DNA of 32,000 nucleotides from Candidatus Saccharimonadota bacterium (GCA_001029695.1 CP011211.1:150001-182000); one strand, 5' to 3'. Counted from the stretch's first letter, positions 1-9,481 are shown. Notes: generated by a model from the letters alone, not told the origin. Translations and numbers: made by a program.

Positions 1-93
1 AGGTTTTTTCTTGTTGATGACGCGTAGGACACCTTTACGGCGAACTATTTGATCATCGGGACTGATTTTTTTGACACTCGCACGAACTTTCAT
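1..93 (-). CDS. rpmJ: 50S ribosomal protein L36 (bL36); 3' end cut by the window edge
   Basis: Reverse-strand ATG at 93-91. My translation, [31 protein letters not shown], matches the canonical L36 N-terminus. It lies directly downstream of infA. The usual Cys ligand positions are S/D/N. Confidence 0.85.
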   Translation of the reverse strand, partial: MKVRASVKKISPDDQIVRRKGVLRVINKKKP

Positions 94-124
94 GAACGTC
101 ACAAACTCCAGTTTTCCGTTAAAT

Positions 125-349
125 TTAATCTCGCAGGCGGAAGCTGATTCTGCCCTTCGTAAGATCGTAAGGGGTCAACTCAACTTCTACCTTATCGCCC
201 GGTACTAGACGGATATAATGCTTTCGCATCTTACCGCTAATGTGGGCAATAATACTATGTCCATTCTCAAGTTCTACCTTAAATTGAGTATTAGGCAGTG
301 CTTCCACTACCTTTCCCTGCAACTTAATTACTTCCTTTTGACTAGCCAT
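125..349 (-). CDS. infA: Translation initiation factor IF-1
   Basis: 74 aa from the internal ATG at 349: [74 protein letters not shown]. This is a typical IF-1 S1-fold sequence. The 28 extra codons in the ORF track have no support. Confidence 0.93.
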   Translation of the reverse strand: MASQKEVIKLQGKVVEALPNTQFKVELENGHSIIAHISGKMRKHYIRLVPGDKVEVELTPYDLTKGRISFRLRD

Positions 350-453
350 AGTTAACAGTGGTTGATTATACAGTAAATTTCCCACTACGTAAAGTGTTTT
401 AGTAAATTCCATGTCTCCGAATTTCCGGGACATGGAAAGCTTTGATAGTTCTT

Positions 454-481
454 ATTGTAACAAAGTCAGATCTGACGTCAA
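454..481 (-). promoter_or_regulatory. Putative sigma70-type promoter for infA-rpmJ
   Basis: The minus strand reads TTGACG (481-476), a 16 nt spacer, then TACAAT (459-454), about 100 nt upstream of the infA ATG. Confidence 0.5.
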
Positions 482-495
482 GTTATAACAAATAT

Positions 496-540
496 CTCAT
501 CTCTTCACCCCTAAGCGCAGCTTAGATCCAAAGAGATGAG
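496..540 (-). terminator. Bipartite hairpin downstream of the 139 aa ORF
   Basis: CTCATCTCTT (496-505) pairs with AAGAGATGAG (531-540). An inner stem CTAAGC/GCTTAG (511-516/520-525) sits inside it. An AU-rich tract follows on the minus strand. Confidence 0.45.
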
Positions 541-582
541 GACAGAGGAGAGCGGCTCCAATGAACCTCACCGTTAAAGCAA

Positions 583-1002
583 TTACATATCAGAAAATCG
601 AACATCCCAGCCAAGCCTTAGCCTGTGAGACAGCCCCGAAGGCTCAACTACAGACGCCGAGAACGCTGCTTCAGCACCATAGAACTGGCCTAAGCGAACA
701 GCGAGGTCATTTGCAAATAGGTTACGCTGACCGTCATAAGCGTCAGTAACCCATTTCCCGATATGGCTCACTACTTCTTTATTAAAAACAAATCGTCTAG
801 CAGTCAGGATGTCAAACATATATTTGCCATCGGCCCAAGCAAAGAAGTCATCATTCGGTAGGTTATCCTCATAAGCAAAACCAAGAACAATAACAACTGC
901 ATCTATAACTGGGCGTCTCAGTGCAGCTCTCGCTTCATCAAATTCAAGTGACTTGGCGTATACTCTATGTAACCGTTCGGTAATATGGTTGGATAGTATC
1001 AC
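583..1002 (-). CDS. Hypothetical protein, 139 aa, no domain recognised
   Basis: GTG start at 1002, preceded on the minus strand by AGAGGAGAAGTC (strong SD). It has its own promoter and a downstream hairpin. It occupies the position where adk/map usually sit. Confidence 0.6.
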   Translation of the reverse strand: MILSNHITERLHRVYAKSLEFDEARAALRRPVIDAVVIVLGFAYEDNLPNDDFFAWADGKYMFDILTARRFVFNKEVVSHIGKWVTDAYDGQRNLFANDLAVRLGQFYGAEAAFSASVVEPSGLSHRLRLGWDVRFSDM

Positions 1003-1099
1003 GACTTCTCCTCTGTCAGGTACACTGATCTACTCAACGCCGCTCATCGACTAGATACAGGTGTATTATTCGAGTTGGGCGGAGTGTCCAGATAGATTA

Positions 1100-1128
1100 T
1101 TTATACCATAGACCAGTGAACTCATCAA
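1100..1128 (-). promoter_or_regulatory. Putative promoter for the 139 aa ORF
   Basis: The minus strand reads TTGATG (1128-1123), a 17 nt spacer, then TATAAA (1105-1100). Confidence 0.5.
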
Positions 1129-1173
1129 AGCATAAGACTAATGCAGTGTACGCCAACCTGTAGTCTCTAATGA

Positions 1174-1866
1174 TTAATTGACGGCAACAGCGCGCAGCAT
1201 AACACGTTTGTCAAAGACTTTATCGCGTGGAACCCAGTTGCCGGCACAAGTGATAAGACTAAGACCTTCTTTTGTCGGATCTATCGGAAGCATCATGTTT
1301 TTCATACCAGACTCATTTGCTTCTTTAAGGCTCATCGTTTTGTTCTCAGCGACTTTGTAGGTAATCTTTTTTCCGTCACCGCGTTCGATCATAATCTCGT
1401 CGTCAACCTTAAGCTGACTGAGCTTTGCGAATATACCATCTTTTGTCACACCGCCGTTGTGTCCATCGATTACTACCGCTCCGTAGCCGCTACCAGGAAG
1501 GCCGCTGGCTGTATACCATGCAGTATCATTGATATTTTTTGGCGTATCTAACTGTTTATCTTTTGTGAGACCAACCCCGATAACTCGCGTCTTTTCAACG
1601 CCGATAGCAGGAATTGATATATATCGAGGCTGCGTCGGCGCTACTTTATGATCATTAATCTCTACACCGCTCACAGGCGACTCATCGATGGTAGGATCCG
1701 CCATCGCTGAGGCCGGTACGGGTATGAGTGGCGGCTGTTCGCCTTCTACGTACCATCTGTAGCCAAACCATCCACATGCGACAAGGAGCAGTACACAGAC
1801 CACTAAAGCGATCCAGCTCCCAAACTTACGATCCTTTTTTTGTTGAATAGTTAACCCCGAACTCAT
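1174..1866 (-). CDS. Sortase-family transpeptidase (class E/F-like), N-terminal membrane anchor
   Basis: N-terminal TM segment WIALVVCVLLLVACGWFGY. Catalytic-type motifs VIDGHNGG (His), LSLITCAG (Cys) and RVMLRAV (Arg). I prefer the ATG at 1866; the track's TTG at 1884 is an alternative. Confidence 0.8.
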   Translation of the reverse strand: MSSGLTIQQKKDRKFGSWIALVVCVLLLVACGWFGYRWYVEGEQPPLIPVPASAMADPTIDESPVSGVEINDHKVAPTQPRYISIPAIGVEKTRVIGVGLTKDKQLDTPKNINDTAWYTASGLPGSGYGAVVIDGHNGGVTKDGIFAKLSQLKVDDEIMIERGDGKKITYKVAENKTMSLKEANESGMKNMMLPIDPTKEGLSLITCAGNWVPRDKVFDKRVMLRAVAVN

Positions 1867-1895
1867 ATCTTTTAAGTATAACAACTATACTCATG

Positions 1896-1926
1896 AAAAA
1901 CAGCCTTCCGAGCAAACGAAAGGCTG
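1896..1926 (-). terminator. Intrinsic terminator after secY
   Basis: A 10 bp stem (1901-1910 / 1917-1926, one G-U pair) is followed on the minus strand by TTTTT (1900-1896). Confidence 0.65.
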
Positions 1927-1951
1927 TGATATTTTCAACACGTCGTGCTTC

Positions 1952-3364
1952 TTATTTGTAGTCGTCGTATGTGACCATGAGGGCACGAGAGTTGATCTGA
2001 CGAAGACTTTCTAGTCCAACCGACACAACGATGAGCAGCCCCGTACCGCCAATAGCAAGGTTCTGGATACCCGTTACTCCTGCTTGTGCAAAGATATACT
2101 CTGCGACGAATGGCATAACGGCGATAAGTCCAAGTACGAGAGATCCGAAAAGGATGAGCCGGTTTACTGTTCGGCTAAGGTACTTCTCTGTCTGAATGCC
2201 AGGTCGTACACCTTCGATAAATCCACCTTGCTTCTGAAGGTTCTCTGCGATTTCGTTTGCATTAAAGACGATTCCTGTATAGAAGTAGGTAAATAAGATA
2301 ACGAGGAAGAAATAGGCTGCAGGATAAATTAATGCACTAAGAGTATCGCCCGTAAATGCACCTGGCTGCGGTGCTTGAAACCATGCGATAAGATTGTTTG
2401 CAAGCGTCAGATACTGAGCATCACCAGTCGCCTTTAGGACCTGGCCGACAAATGCAGGAAGTGAAAGGAAGGCTACAGCGAAGATGACAGGGATCACACC
2501 AGCGGCAATGAGCTTTATAGGGAGGATACTCTTTACTCCGCCATAGCTACTATTACCTTGCACGCGCTTGGCGTAGTTAATAGTCACCACACGTTGCGCT
2601 TCGTTGATCTTCACGAGTAGATATAACACCAGCAACGATGCAAGCGATATCGCCAGCGTCACCCAGAACGCGGTTGGATTGACCGGAAGATTAAACCAAC
2701 CGAAGACACTCAGTGAGCCTTGCTCTGTGTTGAATAGTGAGGTGCCAAGCGTACCAAGCGTTGTTGGAAGCTGACTGATAATACCTGCGAAGATAAGCAT
2801 ACTAATACCGTTGCCGATGCCCTGTTCTGTAATAAGCTCACCTAGCCACATAAGAAGGAGCGCACCTGCTGTCATGGCAGTGACCGAAACGACCCACTCC
2901 ATAGGAGTAGCGCTGTCTACGATTGCCGTGTTGCCCGCAAGTACTGACTGACGAAGGATAAAGATAAATGCGATAGACTGGATAATCGCGAGTGGGACAC
3001 TTATCATACGAGTCCACTGGTTGATCTTGCGACGACCTGATTCACCATCTTTATGAAGCTCCTCGAGCTTTGGGATTGCTTTTGTCAGAAGCTGCGTGAT
3101 AATACTTGCGGTGATAAATGGACTCAGCCCTACAAGTACAATAGAGAGTTGTGCAAGCGCACCACCCGAGAGTAGGTTTAGGAATCCACCAAACTCACTT
3201 GCACCGACAACACTCTCGATAGCTTCTTTTAGCTGCGTTGGTTCTGTGAGCGGCACTGGTACATGAGCCAAAAAGCGGTACGCAACCACGAGCCCAAGCA
3301 CAATAAGCAGACGCTTTTGCATGTCCTTGTTTTTAAATGATTTGAGGATTGTTTTCCAGTTCAT
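1952..3364 (-). CDS. secY: Preprotein translocase subunit SecY
   Basis: A 470 aa polytopic protein with typical SecY sequence (…GISPFITASIITQLL…, …GGFIEGVRPG…). It follows rplO as in spc operons. Confidence 0.97.
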   Translation of the reverse strand: MNWKTILKSFKNKDMQKRLLIVLGLVVAYRFLAHVPVPLTEPTQLKEAIESVVGASEFGGFLNLLSGGALAQLSIVLVGLSPFITASIITQLLTKAIPKLEELHKDGESGRRKINQWTRMISVPLAIIQSIAFIFILRQSVLAGNTAIVDSATPMEWVVSVTAMTAGALLLMWLGELITEQGIGNGISMLIFAGIISQLPTTLGTLGTSLFNTEQGSLSVFGWFNLPVNPTAFWVTLAISLASLLVLYLLVKINEAQRVVTINYAKRVQGNSSYGGVKSILPIKLIAAGVIPVIFAVAFLSLPAFVGQVLKATGDAQYLTLANNLIAWFQAPQPGAFTGDTLSALIYPAAYFFLVILFTYFYTGIVFNANEIAENLQKQGGFIEGVRPGIQTEKYLSRTVNRLILFGSLVLGLIAVMPFVAEYIFAQAGVTGIQNLAIGGTGLLIVVSVGLESLRQINSRALMVTYDDYK

Positions 3365-3453
3365 CAGTCTATTCCCTATCTACTTGGTAATTATTACGGC
3401 ATTCCGTAGCACAATACTATACGTATTATACTACGGCCAGCCTAACAATTAAT

Positions 3454-3936
3454 TTATTTGTCGTTCTTTTCAGCTTCTTTTTCAGACTTCTTGAGTGGAG
3501 TAGCGATTTTCTCGAAACTACCACCAGCCTTTGTAACTGCCTCTTGGACGCTCTTTGATGCACCCTGCACCTTAAGAGTTACCTTTTCGGTCAATTCACC
3601 ACGTGCGATAACCTTTACTGCATGGAAAGGAGTTTTGATGTAGCCTTCTTCGAATAGTACGAAGTTGTCGACAGTCTTACCCTTTAGTGCATTCAGGTGA
3701 TCGAGATACACAACCTGAGCTGGAGTACGCTTGCTCTTAAAGCCACGTGCCTTTGGAATAGCTGTCACGAGTGAACGTGAGCCACCCTGGAACATAGCGT
3801 GAAGCTTTTTACCAGTACGCGCGCCCTGACCTTTTGTACCGCGACCAGCAGTTTTACCCTGACCAGCAGCGATACCGCGACCAACGCGTTTGCGGTCTTT
3901 GTTTGCCGTAACTTGGAGTTCGTTGTACTTAGTCAT
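3454..3936 (-). CDS. rplO: 50S ribosomal protein L15 (uL15)
   Basis: Gly/Lys/Arg-rich N-terminus RVGRGIAAGQGKTAGRGTKGQ. Correct position in the spc order. The start overlaps the rpsE stop by 1 nt. Confidence 0.96.
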   Translation of the reverse strand: MTKYNELQVTANKDRKRVGRGIAAGQGKTAGRGTKGQGARTGKKLHAMFQGGSRSLVTAIPKARGFKSKRTPAQVVYLDHLNALKGKTVDNFVLFEEGYIKTPFHAVKVIARGELTEKVTLKVQGASKSVQEAVTKAGGSFEKIATPLKKSEKEAEKNDK

Positions 3937-4520
3937 TACTTAGCCTCCTCTTTGCTTGCTTTCTTAGCAGGCTTTGCATTGAGCCATTGATCTTTAGGAA
4001 CAAGGCTATTCAATGCTTCGATTGTTGCGTAAGCGATGTTTACCTTGTTTGTTGAACCAAGTGACTTTGAAAGCATGTTACGGATACCTGTTACGCCAAT
4101 GATCTGACGAACAACACCACCGGCGATCACACCTGTACCAGGAGCAGCTGGCTTGATAAGCACCTGCGCACCTGAAAGCTTGATCTCAGCATCATGAGGA
4201 ATCGTCTCGTTTGCAACTGGGATTGTGATAAGGTGCTTCTTTGCAACATCAGTTGCTTTTGCAACTGCTGACTGCACATCCTGCCCCTTAGCGACACCAA
4301 CACCAACTTTATTCTTGCGGTTACCTACAACAACCAAAGCCTTGAATCGGAATCGTCGTCCACCCTTTACAACGCGTGAGACACGGTCGATATTGATAAC
4401 AAGTTCTTCGAACTCTTTTGGCTCTTGTGGAGTCTGATCACGGCGGTTGTCACGGCGTGGACCGTTACCGCGAGCCTGACCCTGGCGAGCGTTTGTTGTA
4501 GCTGCTTGTTGTTCAGCCAT
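3936..4520 (-). CDS. rpsE: 30S ribosomal protein S5 (uS5), with basic N-terminal and Lys-rich C-terminal extensions
   Basis: Core sequence VINIDRVSRVVKGGRRFRFKALVVVGN is a typical S5 dsRBD. It sits between rplR and rplO. Confidence 0.96.
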   Translation of the reverse strand: MAEQQAATTNARQGQARGNGPRRDNRRDQTPQEPKEFEELVINIDRVSRVVKGGRRFRFKALVVVGNRKNKVGVGVAKGQDVQSAVAKATDVAKKHLITIPVANETIPHDAEIKLSGAQVLIKPAAPGTGVIAGGVVRQIIGVTGIRNMLSKSLGSTNKVNIAYATIEALNSLVPKDQWLNAKPAKKASKEEAK

Positions 4521-4522
4521 GA

Positions 4523-4876
4523 TTAAAACTCCAATCCTTCCTTACGTGCAGCGTCAGCGAGGGCAGCAAGACGACCAGCGTACTGGCGACCGTTGCGATC
4601 AAATACGACTGCAGTAATTTTAGCTTTCTTAGCCTTTTTCGCGATATCTGTACCAACGAAAGCAGCCTGCTCAGCGATTGAGCCAGTTTGCTTCGTACCA
4701 ACAGTCGTGCTTGCAGCAATAGTATGCTGTTTCACGTCATCGATAAGCTGAGCACTTACGTGCTTGTTGCTGATAGTAACCGTCAGACGTGGACGCTCTG
4801 CAGTGCCACTAATCTTTGCGCGAACGCGATTCTTGCGAAGACTCTTGTTGAGAAGTTTCTTAGCGAGGTCTGCCAT
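4523..4876 (-). CDS. rplR: 50S ribosomal protein L18 (uL18)
   Basis: 117 aa, RPRLTVTISNKHVSAQLIDD…VFDRNGRQYAGRLAALADAARKEGLEF. Correct position in the spc order. Confidence 0.96.
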   Translation of the reverse strand: MADLAKKLLNKSLRKNRVRAKISGTAERPRLTVTISNKHVSAQLIDDVKQHTIAASTTVGTKQTGSIAEQAAFVGTDIAKKAKKAKITAVVFDRNGRQYAGRLAALADAARKEGLEF

Positions 4877-4878
4877 GA

Positions 4879-5412
4879 TTATTTACCAGCCTTTCCTGCT
4901 TTTCGAAGTACAACTTCGTCAGCATACTTAATTCCCTTACCCTTGTATGGTTCAGGTTTCTTGAGGGCACGGATTTCAGCTGCGACCTGGCCGACTTGCT
5001 GCTTGTCAATACCGCTCACGATAATGTTCATCTTTTCCGTTGCAATTGTTACGCCAGCTGGAGCTTCGTACTTAACTGGGTGTGAAAAGCCAAGACTCAT
5101 TTCAAGTACAGGACCACTCATACCGACACGGAAACCGACGCCATTTACTTCTAGTTTTTTCTCAAATCCCTTAACAACGCCTTCAACAGCGTTGAAAAGA
5201 AGTGAGCGCTGCAAACCGTGCTGCGCTTTGGCAACGCGCTGGTCATCCTTGCGTGTCACGATTGCCTGTGTACCAACGAGCTCCACAGTCACGTCACTCA
5301 GATGTGGTACAGCTAGTTCGCCCTTAGGCCCCTTAACTGAAATAACATCTGAATCAATCGTGATTGTCACACCTGTAGGTACGTCAATTGGTAGTTTTCC
5401 GATTCGACTCAT
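4879..5412 (-). CDS. rplF: 50S ribosomal protein L6 (uL6)
   Basis: Starts MSRIGKLPIDVPTGVTI… and ends …KPEPYKGKGIKYADEVV. Correct position in the spc order. Confidence 0.96.
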   Translation of the reverse strand: MSRIGKLPIDVPTGVTITIDSDVISVKGPKGELAVPHLSDVTVELVGTQAIVTRKDDQRVAKAQHGLQRSLLFNAVEGVVKGFEKKLEVNGVGFRVGMSGPVLEMSLGFSHPVKYEAPAGVTIATEKMNIIVSGIDKQQVGQVAAEIRALKKPEPYKGKGIKYADEVVLRKAGKAGK

Positions 5413-5533
5413 CTTACTTCTCTTTCTTGTTATCGTTGTCTGACCGTTTTTTTCGGTCTACGACACCATATCCAATATAGTTATGGAAAAACTCCACTAT
5501 AGCGAATACGAATGCGTATACCTTTTGTATCAC

Positions 5534-5935
5534 TTAGTACACCTTAAGGAGTAGCTCACCGCCAAGACGCTGTTTAACAGCTTCGTGACCAGTGATAACA
5601 CCCTTGCTCGTACTGATAAGGACAAGTCCACGACCACTTTTGATGCGTGGAATGTCATCAGCACCAACATACACACGGCGACCTGGCTTTGAAAGGCGTG
5701 TGATCTCATTGATCGTGCAGTTCTCACCTGGCTTGTTGATAGTGATAACCAGCGTATCGCGTGGCTTACCAGCTTCAACCTTGACGTCTGTAAGGTACTT
5801 GTTTTTCTTTAGTTGCTCAGCAACTGTCTTTTTCATCTTGCTTGCTGGAACACGAACTTCGTGCTTGCCAACCATTGCCGCATTACGAATGCGGGTGAGA
5901 AGGTCGGCGATTGGGTCAGTTGATTGTAGTGACAT
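5534..5935 (-). CDS. rpsH: 30S ribosomal protein S8 (uS8)
   Basis: Contains DPIADLLTRIRNA… and …GGELLLKVY. Correct position in the spc order. Confidence 0.96.
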   Translation of the reverse strand: MSLQSTDPIADLLTRIRNAAMVGKHEVRVPASKMKKTVAEQLKKNKYLTDVKVEAGKPRDTLVITINKPGENCTINEITRLSKPGRRVYVGADDIPRIKSGRGLVLISTSKGVITGHEAVKQRLGGELLLKVY

Positions 5936-5955
5936 ATCTTAAATTCCTTTCCTTC

Positions 5956-6225
5956 TTACCAACTACTTTTCGTAATACCTGGGATTTCTCCCTTAGAGGC
6001 TTTTTCGCGGAAGCTAATTCGGCTAAGGCCAAACTTACGCATATATCCACGAGGACGACCATCAAGTGCATCGCGGTTCTTCCAACGGCTCGGTGAGCTG
6101 TTTTTTGGAAGCGCCTGAAGTCCTTCGAGGTCACCGAGCTCTTTGAGCTCAGCACGCTTTGCAGCATACTTCGTGATCATTTTCTTACGCTTTTCGTCGC
6201 GTGCGATCATAGATTTCTTAGCCAT
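5956..6225 (-). CDS. rpsN: 30S ribosomal protein S14 (uS14), long 89 aa non-zinc form
   Basis: Starts [15 protein letters not shown]… and ends …[27 protein letters not shown], with no CxxC pairs. It lies between rplE and rpsH. Confidence 0.94.
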   Translation of the reverse strand: MAKKSMIARDEKRKKMITKYAAKRAELKELGDLEGLQALPKNSSPSRWKNRDALDGRPRGYMRKFGLSRISFREKASKGEIPGITKSSW

Positions 6226-6803
6226 TAGCGTCGGCCTCCTTCTTTCTCAAATGGTATGCCAAATTTCTCAAGAAGCGCACGGCTGTGAGCTGGGTCTTGA
6301 TTCTTAATAGCAAAGGTAAGCTGAAGTCCGTGAAGTACTTGCGTCTCCTCGAAAGTAAGCTCTGGGAAGATTGATTGCTCAATGATTCCTAGGTTGTAGT
6401 TACCACCCTTATCGAATTTAGTACCGACACCGTGGAAGTCACGAACGCGAGGCAATGAGACATTGACAAGACGGTCGAGGAATTCGTACATACGAGCACC
6501 ACGAAGTGTGACGCTCACGCCTACTGGCGCACCCATGTTTGCACGGATCTTGAATCCAGCGATAGATTTTTTAGCAAGACGCTCAACTGGCATCTGGCCT
6601 GTAATCTTTGTGACGGTATTCTTTACAGTTTCAAGGTGACGTTTGTCATCCTTGCTCTTACCAGTTCCTACGCTGACCACAATTTTCTCGAGCTTAGGTA
6701 CTTGATGTACATTTTCGAGGTTCAATTCGGCCTGGAGTTCTTTGACGTACTGAGTAGCGTACAAAGCTTTCAAGCGAGGAGCGGTAGTAGTAGCTTTTGC
6801 CAT
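6225..6803 (-). CDS. rplE: 50S ribosomal protein L5 (uL5)
   Basis: 192 aa, …[14 protein letters not shown]… and …[15 protein letters not shown]…. Correct position in the spc order. Confidence 0.96.
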   Translation of the reverse strand: MAKATTTAPRLKALYATQYVKELQAELNLENVHQVPKLEKIVVSVGTGKSKDDKRHLETVKNTVTKITGQMPVERLAKKSIAGFKIRANMGAPVGVSVTLRGARMYEFLDRLVNVSLPRVRDFHGVGTKFDKGGNYNLGIIEQSIFPELTFEETQVLHGLQLTFAIKNQDPAHSRALLEKFGIPFEKEGGRR

Positions 6804-7126
6804 TACTTAATCTCCTTGTTCTTTGCCTGACGCGCAAGACGAATCTTTGCACCATCAGCATTAGTACTGTAGCCAACACGACTTGTTGTTGCAGCTTTTT
6901 CGTCGATAACGAGTGCTACTTTATGAAGTGGTGTTGGAACATGAATGTCTTTTGTGCCACCACGTGGGTTAAGCTGGCTTGGCTTAACTTTACGGTGAGA
7001 CACACCGATACCTTCGACAAGTACAGCATTCTTCTTTGTAAGAACCTTTACTACCTTACCGGTAGTGCCTTTGTTGTCGCCGCTAATAAGCTTAACGATG
7101 TCATCTTTTTGAATACGATGAGCCAT
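6803..7126 (-). CDS. rplX: 50S ribosomal protein L24 (uL24)
   Basis: KOW-type N-terminus IQKDDIVKLISGDNKGTTGKVVKV. It lies between rplN and rplE. Confidence 0.95.
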   Translation of the reverse strand: MAHRIQKDDIVKLISGDNKGTTGKVVKVLTKKNAVLVEGIGVSHRKVKPSQLNPRGGTKDIHVPTPLHKVALVIDEKAATTSRVGYSTNADGAKIRLARQAKNKEIK

Positions 7127-7127
7127 A

Positions 7128-7496
7128 TTAGAGTACCTCCGGTGCTAGGCTAATAATCTTTGCGTAGCCCATGTCACGTAGTTCACGTGGCACAGGACCA
7201 AAGACACGTGTGCCTTTAGGGTTCTTATCGTCGTTGATAATAACAGCAGCGTTATCATCAAAGGCGATCGTACTACCATCTTTACGATGAATTTGATCAC
7301 GAGTACGCACGACAACAGCTTTAACAACTGTTTTTCGCTTGACGGTACCCGTTGAACTAGCTTGCTTGACGGTAGCGACAATAATGTCACCAACACGTGC
7401 ATAGCGACGCTTCGTTCCACCAAGTACGCGAATACAAAGGATTTCCTTTGCACCCGAGTTGTCGGTGACTTTAAGACGAGTTTCTTGTTGAATCAT
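7128..7496 (-). CDS. rplN: 50S ribosomal protein L14 (uL14)
   Basis: Starts [18 protein letters not shown]… and ends …[10 protein letters not shown], 122 aa. Confidence 0.97.
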   Translation of the reverse strand: MIQQETRLKVTDNSGAKEILCIRVLGGTKRRYARVGDIIVATVKQASSTGTVKRKTVVKAVVVRTRDQIHRKDGSTIAFDDNAAVIINDDKNPKGTRVFGPVPRELRDMGYAKIISLAPEVL

Positions 7497-7774
7497 TACG
7501 CTTCAACCTCTTCTTCTTTAAGCTCAACTGAACCACGTGACTTTTCGTCAACGCTCTTCAGAGTGAAGCTCTTTGTCTTTGAAATAGGACGAACTTCAGT
7601 GATCGTTACCTTATCGCCGATTTTTGCCTCATTGTTTTCATCATGAGCTGTGTATTTACGGTTCACAGAATACTGCTTTCCGTAGATAGGGTGAGTCTCA
7701 CGACTAGTCACAGTGATGGTAATTGTTTTATCGCGAACATCCGAGCTCACGATACCAGTCAATGTCTTGGCCAT
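7496..7774 (-). CDS. rpsQ: 30S ribosomal protein S17 (uS17)
   Basis: 92 aa from the ATG at 7774: [22 protein letters not shown]…[23 protein letters not shown]. The upstream 29 codons in the track overlap rpmC and are rejected. Confidence 0.94.
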   Translation of the reverse strand: MAKTLTGIVSSDVRDKTITITVTSRETHPIYGKQYSVNRKYTAHDENNEAKIGDKVTITEVRPISKTKSFTLKSVDEKSRGSVELKEEEVEA

Positions 7775-7775
7775 A

Positions 7776-8012
7776 TTATTTACTCTCCTTTGCTGCAAGC
7801 TCAGCTGCTCGGATAGCAGTGTGCAAGCGAGCGATTTCTTTACGAGTCGCTGTGATGACACGTGGATTCACGAGCTCACCGGCAGCATGACTGCGCTTGT
7901 TTGCAAGCTGATCGGTTCGCTTCTGAAGAAGCTCTTCCTGTAGCTGTGCAATCGTCTTTACTTCATCAGCCTTCTTAGGTGCGGCTTTTTTGGTTGTTTT
8001 AGTTTCAGCCAT
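7776..8012 (-). CDS. rpmC: 50S ribosomal protein L29 (uL29), Lys-rich N-terminal extension
   Basis: 78 aa, …LQEELLQKRTDQLANKRSHAAGELVNPRVITATRKEIARLHT. It lies between rplP and rpsQ. Confidence 0.93.
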   Translation of the reverse strand: MAETKTTKKAAPKKADEVKTIAQLQEELLQKRTDQLANKRSHAAGELVNPRVITATRKEIARLHTAIRAAELAAKESK

Positions 8013-8014
8013 GA

Positions 8015-8428
8015 TTATGCCTCCTCTCGCTTAATGAATTTTGTCTTTACTGGAAGCTTGTGAGAAGCGAGTCGCATCGCTTCGCGAGCAATCTCTTCAT
8101 CAACACCCTTCATTTCAAACATAACTGTTCCGGCTTTCACCTTAGCTACGAAGAATTCTGGGTTACCTTTACCGCTACCCATCTTGACGTCCTGTGGCTT
8201 ACGAGTCACAGGAGTATGAGGGAAGATACGGATCCAGATTTTACCACCACGCTTGATGTAGCGTGTCATCGCCTGACGAGCTGACTCGATCTGACGACTA
8301 GTAATTCGTTCGTTCGACTGACTCTGTAGTGCGTAGTCACCAAAAGCGACATAGTTACCACGAGTCGCAGTACCAGGGTTTTTACCCTTGCGAACTTTTC
8401 GGTACTTGGTTTTCTTTGGCATTAACAT
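8015..8428 (-). CDS. rplP: 50S ribosomal protein L16 (uL16)
   Basis: Starts [15 protein letters not shown] and contains …[17 protein letters not shown]. 137 aa. Confidence 0.97.
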   Translation of the reverse strand: MLMPKKTKYRKVRKGKNPGTATRGNYVAFGDYALQSQSNERITSRQIESARQAMTRYIKRGGKIWIRIFPHTPVTRKPQDVKMGSGKGNPEFFVAKVKAGTVMFEMKGVDEEIAREAMRLASHKLPVKTKFIKREEA

Positions 8429-9066
8429 TAGCGGTCAGCCCTTTCACCTTTGTAGATCCAGACTTTCACACCGATGATACCAACACCAGGAGCGTTCGCA
8501 CGTGCAGAGTGGAAATCGATATCAGCACGAAGCGTGTGAAGTGGCACTGAGCCTTCGATTACCTTTTCACGACGAGCCATTTCAGCGTTGTTCAAACGAC
8601 CAGCCACCTGAATACGGATACCCTTGGCACCAGCGTTCATAGTGTTTTGTGCAGTCATCTTCATCGCGCGGCGGAAATTGATACGACGTTCAAGCTGACG
8701 AGCAATATTCTCGGCAACAAGTTTTGCATCAAGTTCTGGACGCTTAACTTCTTCAATGTTGATACGAACTGGGAGTGAAGCAATCTTTTCGATTTGGCTC
8801 TTCAGCTCAGTTACACCAACACCACCACGTCCGATCACAACACCAGCTTTTGCAGTATGGATCGTTACAGTGATTAGGTTAGCTGAACGTTCAATCTCGA
8901 TTCGGCTAATAGTTGGACGACTTGCGAACTTCTTTTCGATAAGTTCACGAATCTGAATGTCCTCGTGAAGCCACTTGGCAAAATCTTTTTTACCAGCGAA
9001 CCAGCGTGAATCCCAATTCTTTGTTAATTGAAGACGGAAACTAATTGGGTTTACTTTTTGGCCCAT
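8428..9066 (-). CDS. rpsC: 30S ribosomal protein S3 (uS3)
   Basis: 212 aa from the ATG at 9066: [24 protein letters not shown]…. The 45 upstream codons in the track overlap rplV and are rejected. Confidence 0.96.
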   Translation of the reverse strand: MGQKVNPISFRLQLTKNWDSRWFAGKKDFAKWLHEDIQIRELIEKKFASRPTISRIEIERSANLITVTIHTAKAGVVIGRGGVGVTELKSQIEKIASLPVRINIEEVKRPELDAKLVAENIARQLERRINFRRAMKMTAQNTMNAGAKGIRIQVAGRLNNAEMARREKVIEGSVPLHTLRADIDFHSARANAPGVGIIGVKVWIYKGERADR

Positions 9067-9067
9067 A

Positions 9068-9481
9068 TTATTTGCTCTCCTTCTTCTCAGCCGTTTCAGC
9101 TGGCTTTGCAGCAGCAACTGGCTTCTTCTTAGGTTTTTCAACTCCAGTAACCTCAACCAAAATGTTTGAAGTCTTCTTCTGGAATGGCAACGCACGGCCA
9201 CGGCTTGCAGGCTTAAATCGCTTCAAGCGCGTACCGACAGTGACTGAAATTGTTGAAATAACAAGTGTTTTTCCGTCAAGACCGTGAGTGTTAGTAGCGT
9301 TAGCTTTTGCACTCTCGATAGCTTTTTTGACTGGAAGTGATGCACGCTTTGGGACGTGCTCAAGGATAACAAGTGCATCTGCAACAGTACGATTACGTAC
9401 AAGAGCAGCGACTAGACTCACTTTACGTGGAGCCTGGTCAACACCTTTTGCGTAAGAACGAACAGTTAATTGCTCAGCCAT
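9068..9481 (-). CDS. rplV: 50S ribosomal protein L22 (uL22), with a Lys/Ala/Pro-rich C-terminal tail
   Basis: 137 aa, …APRKVSLVAALVRNRTVADALVILEHVPKRAS…. It lies between rpsS and rpsC. Confidence 0.95.
   Translation of the reverse strand: MAEQLTVRSYAKGVDQAPRKVSLVAALVRNRTVADALVILEHVPKRASLPVKKAIESAKANATNTHGLDGKTLVISTISVTVGTRLKRFKPASRGRALPFQKKTSNILVEVTGVEKPKKKPVAAAKPAETAEKKESK

Noticed and set aside
4688-5443. 251 aa plus-strand ORF
   Set aside because: It lies entirely antisense to rplR and rplF. Its composition is that of a shadow frame of highly expressed genes, and it has no SD or promoter.
9067-9201. 45-codon N-terminal extension of rpsC. Similar extensions exist for rpsQ (7775-7861), rpsL (30193-30222), rplC (12144-12161) and infA (350-433).
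   Set aside because: The extensions overlap the preceding gene or its SD. The canonical N-termini begin at the internal ATGs.
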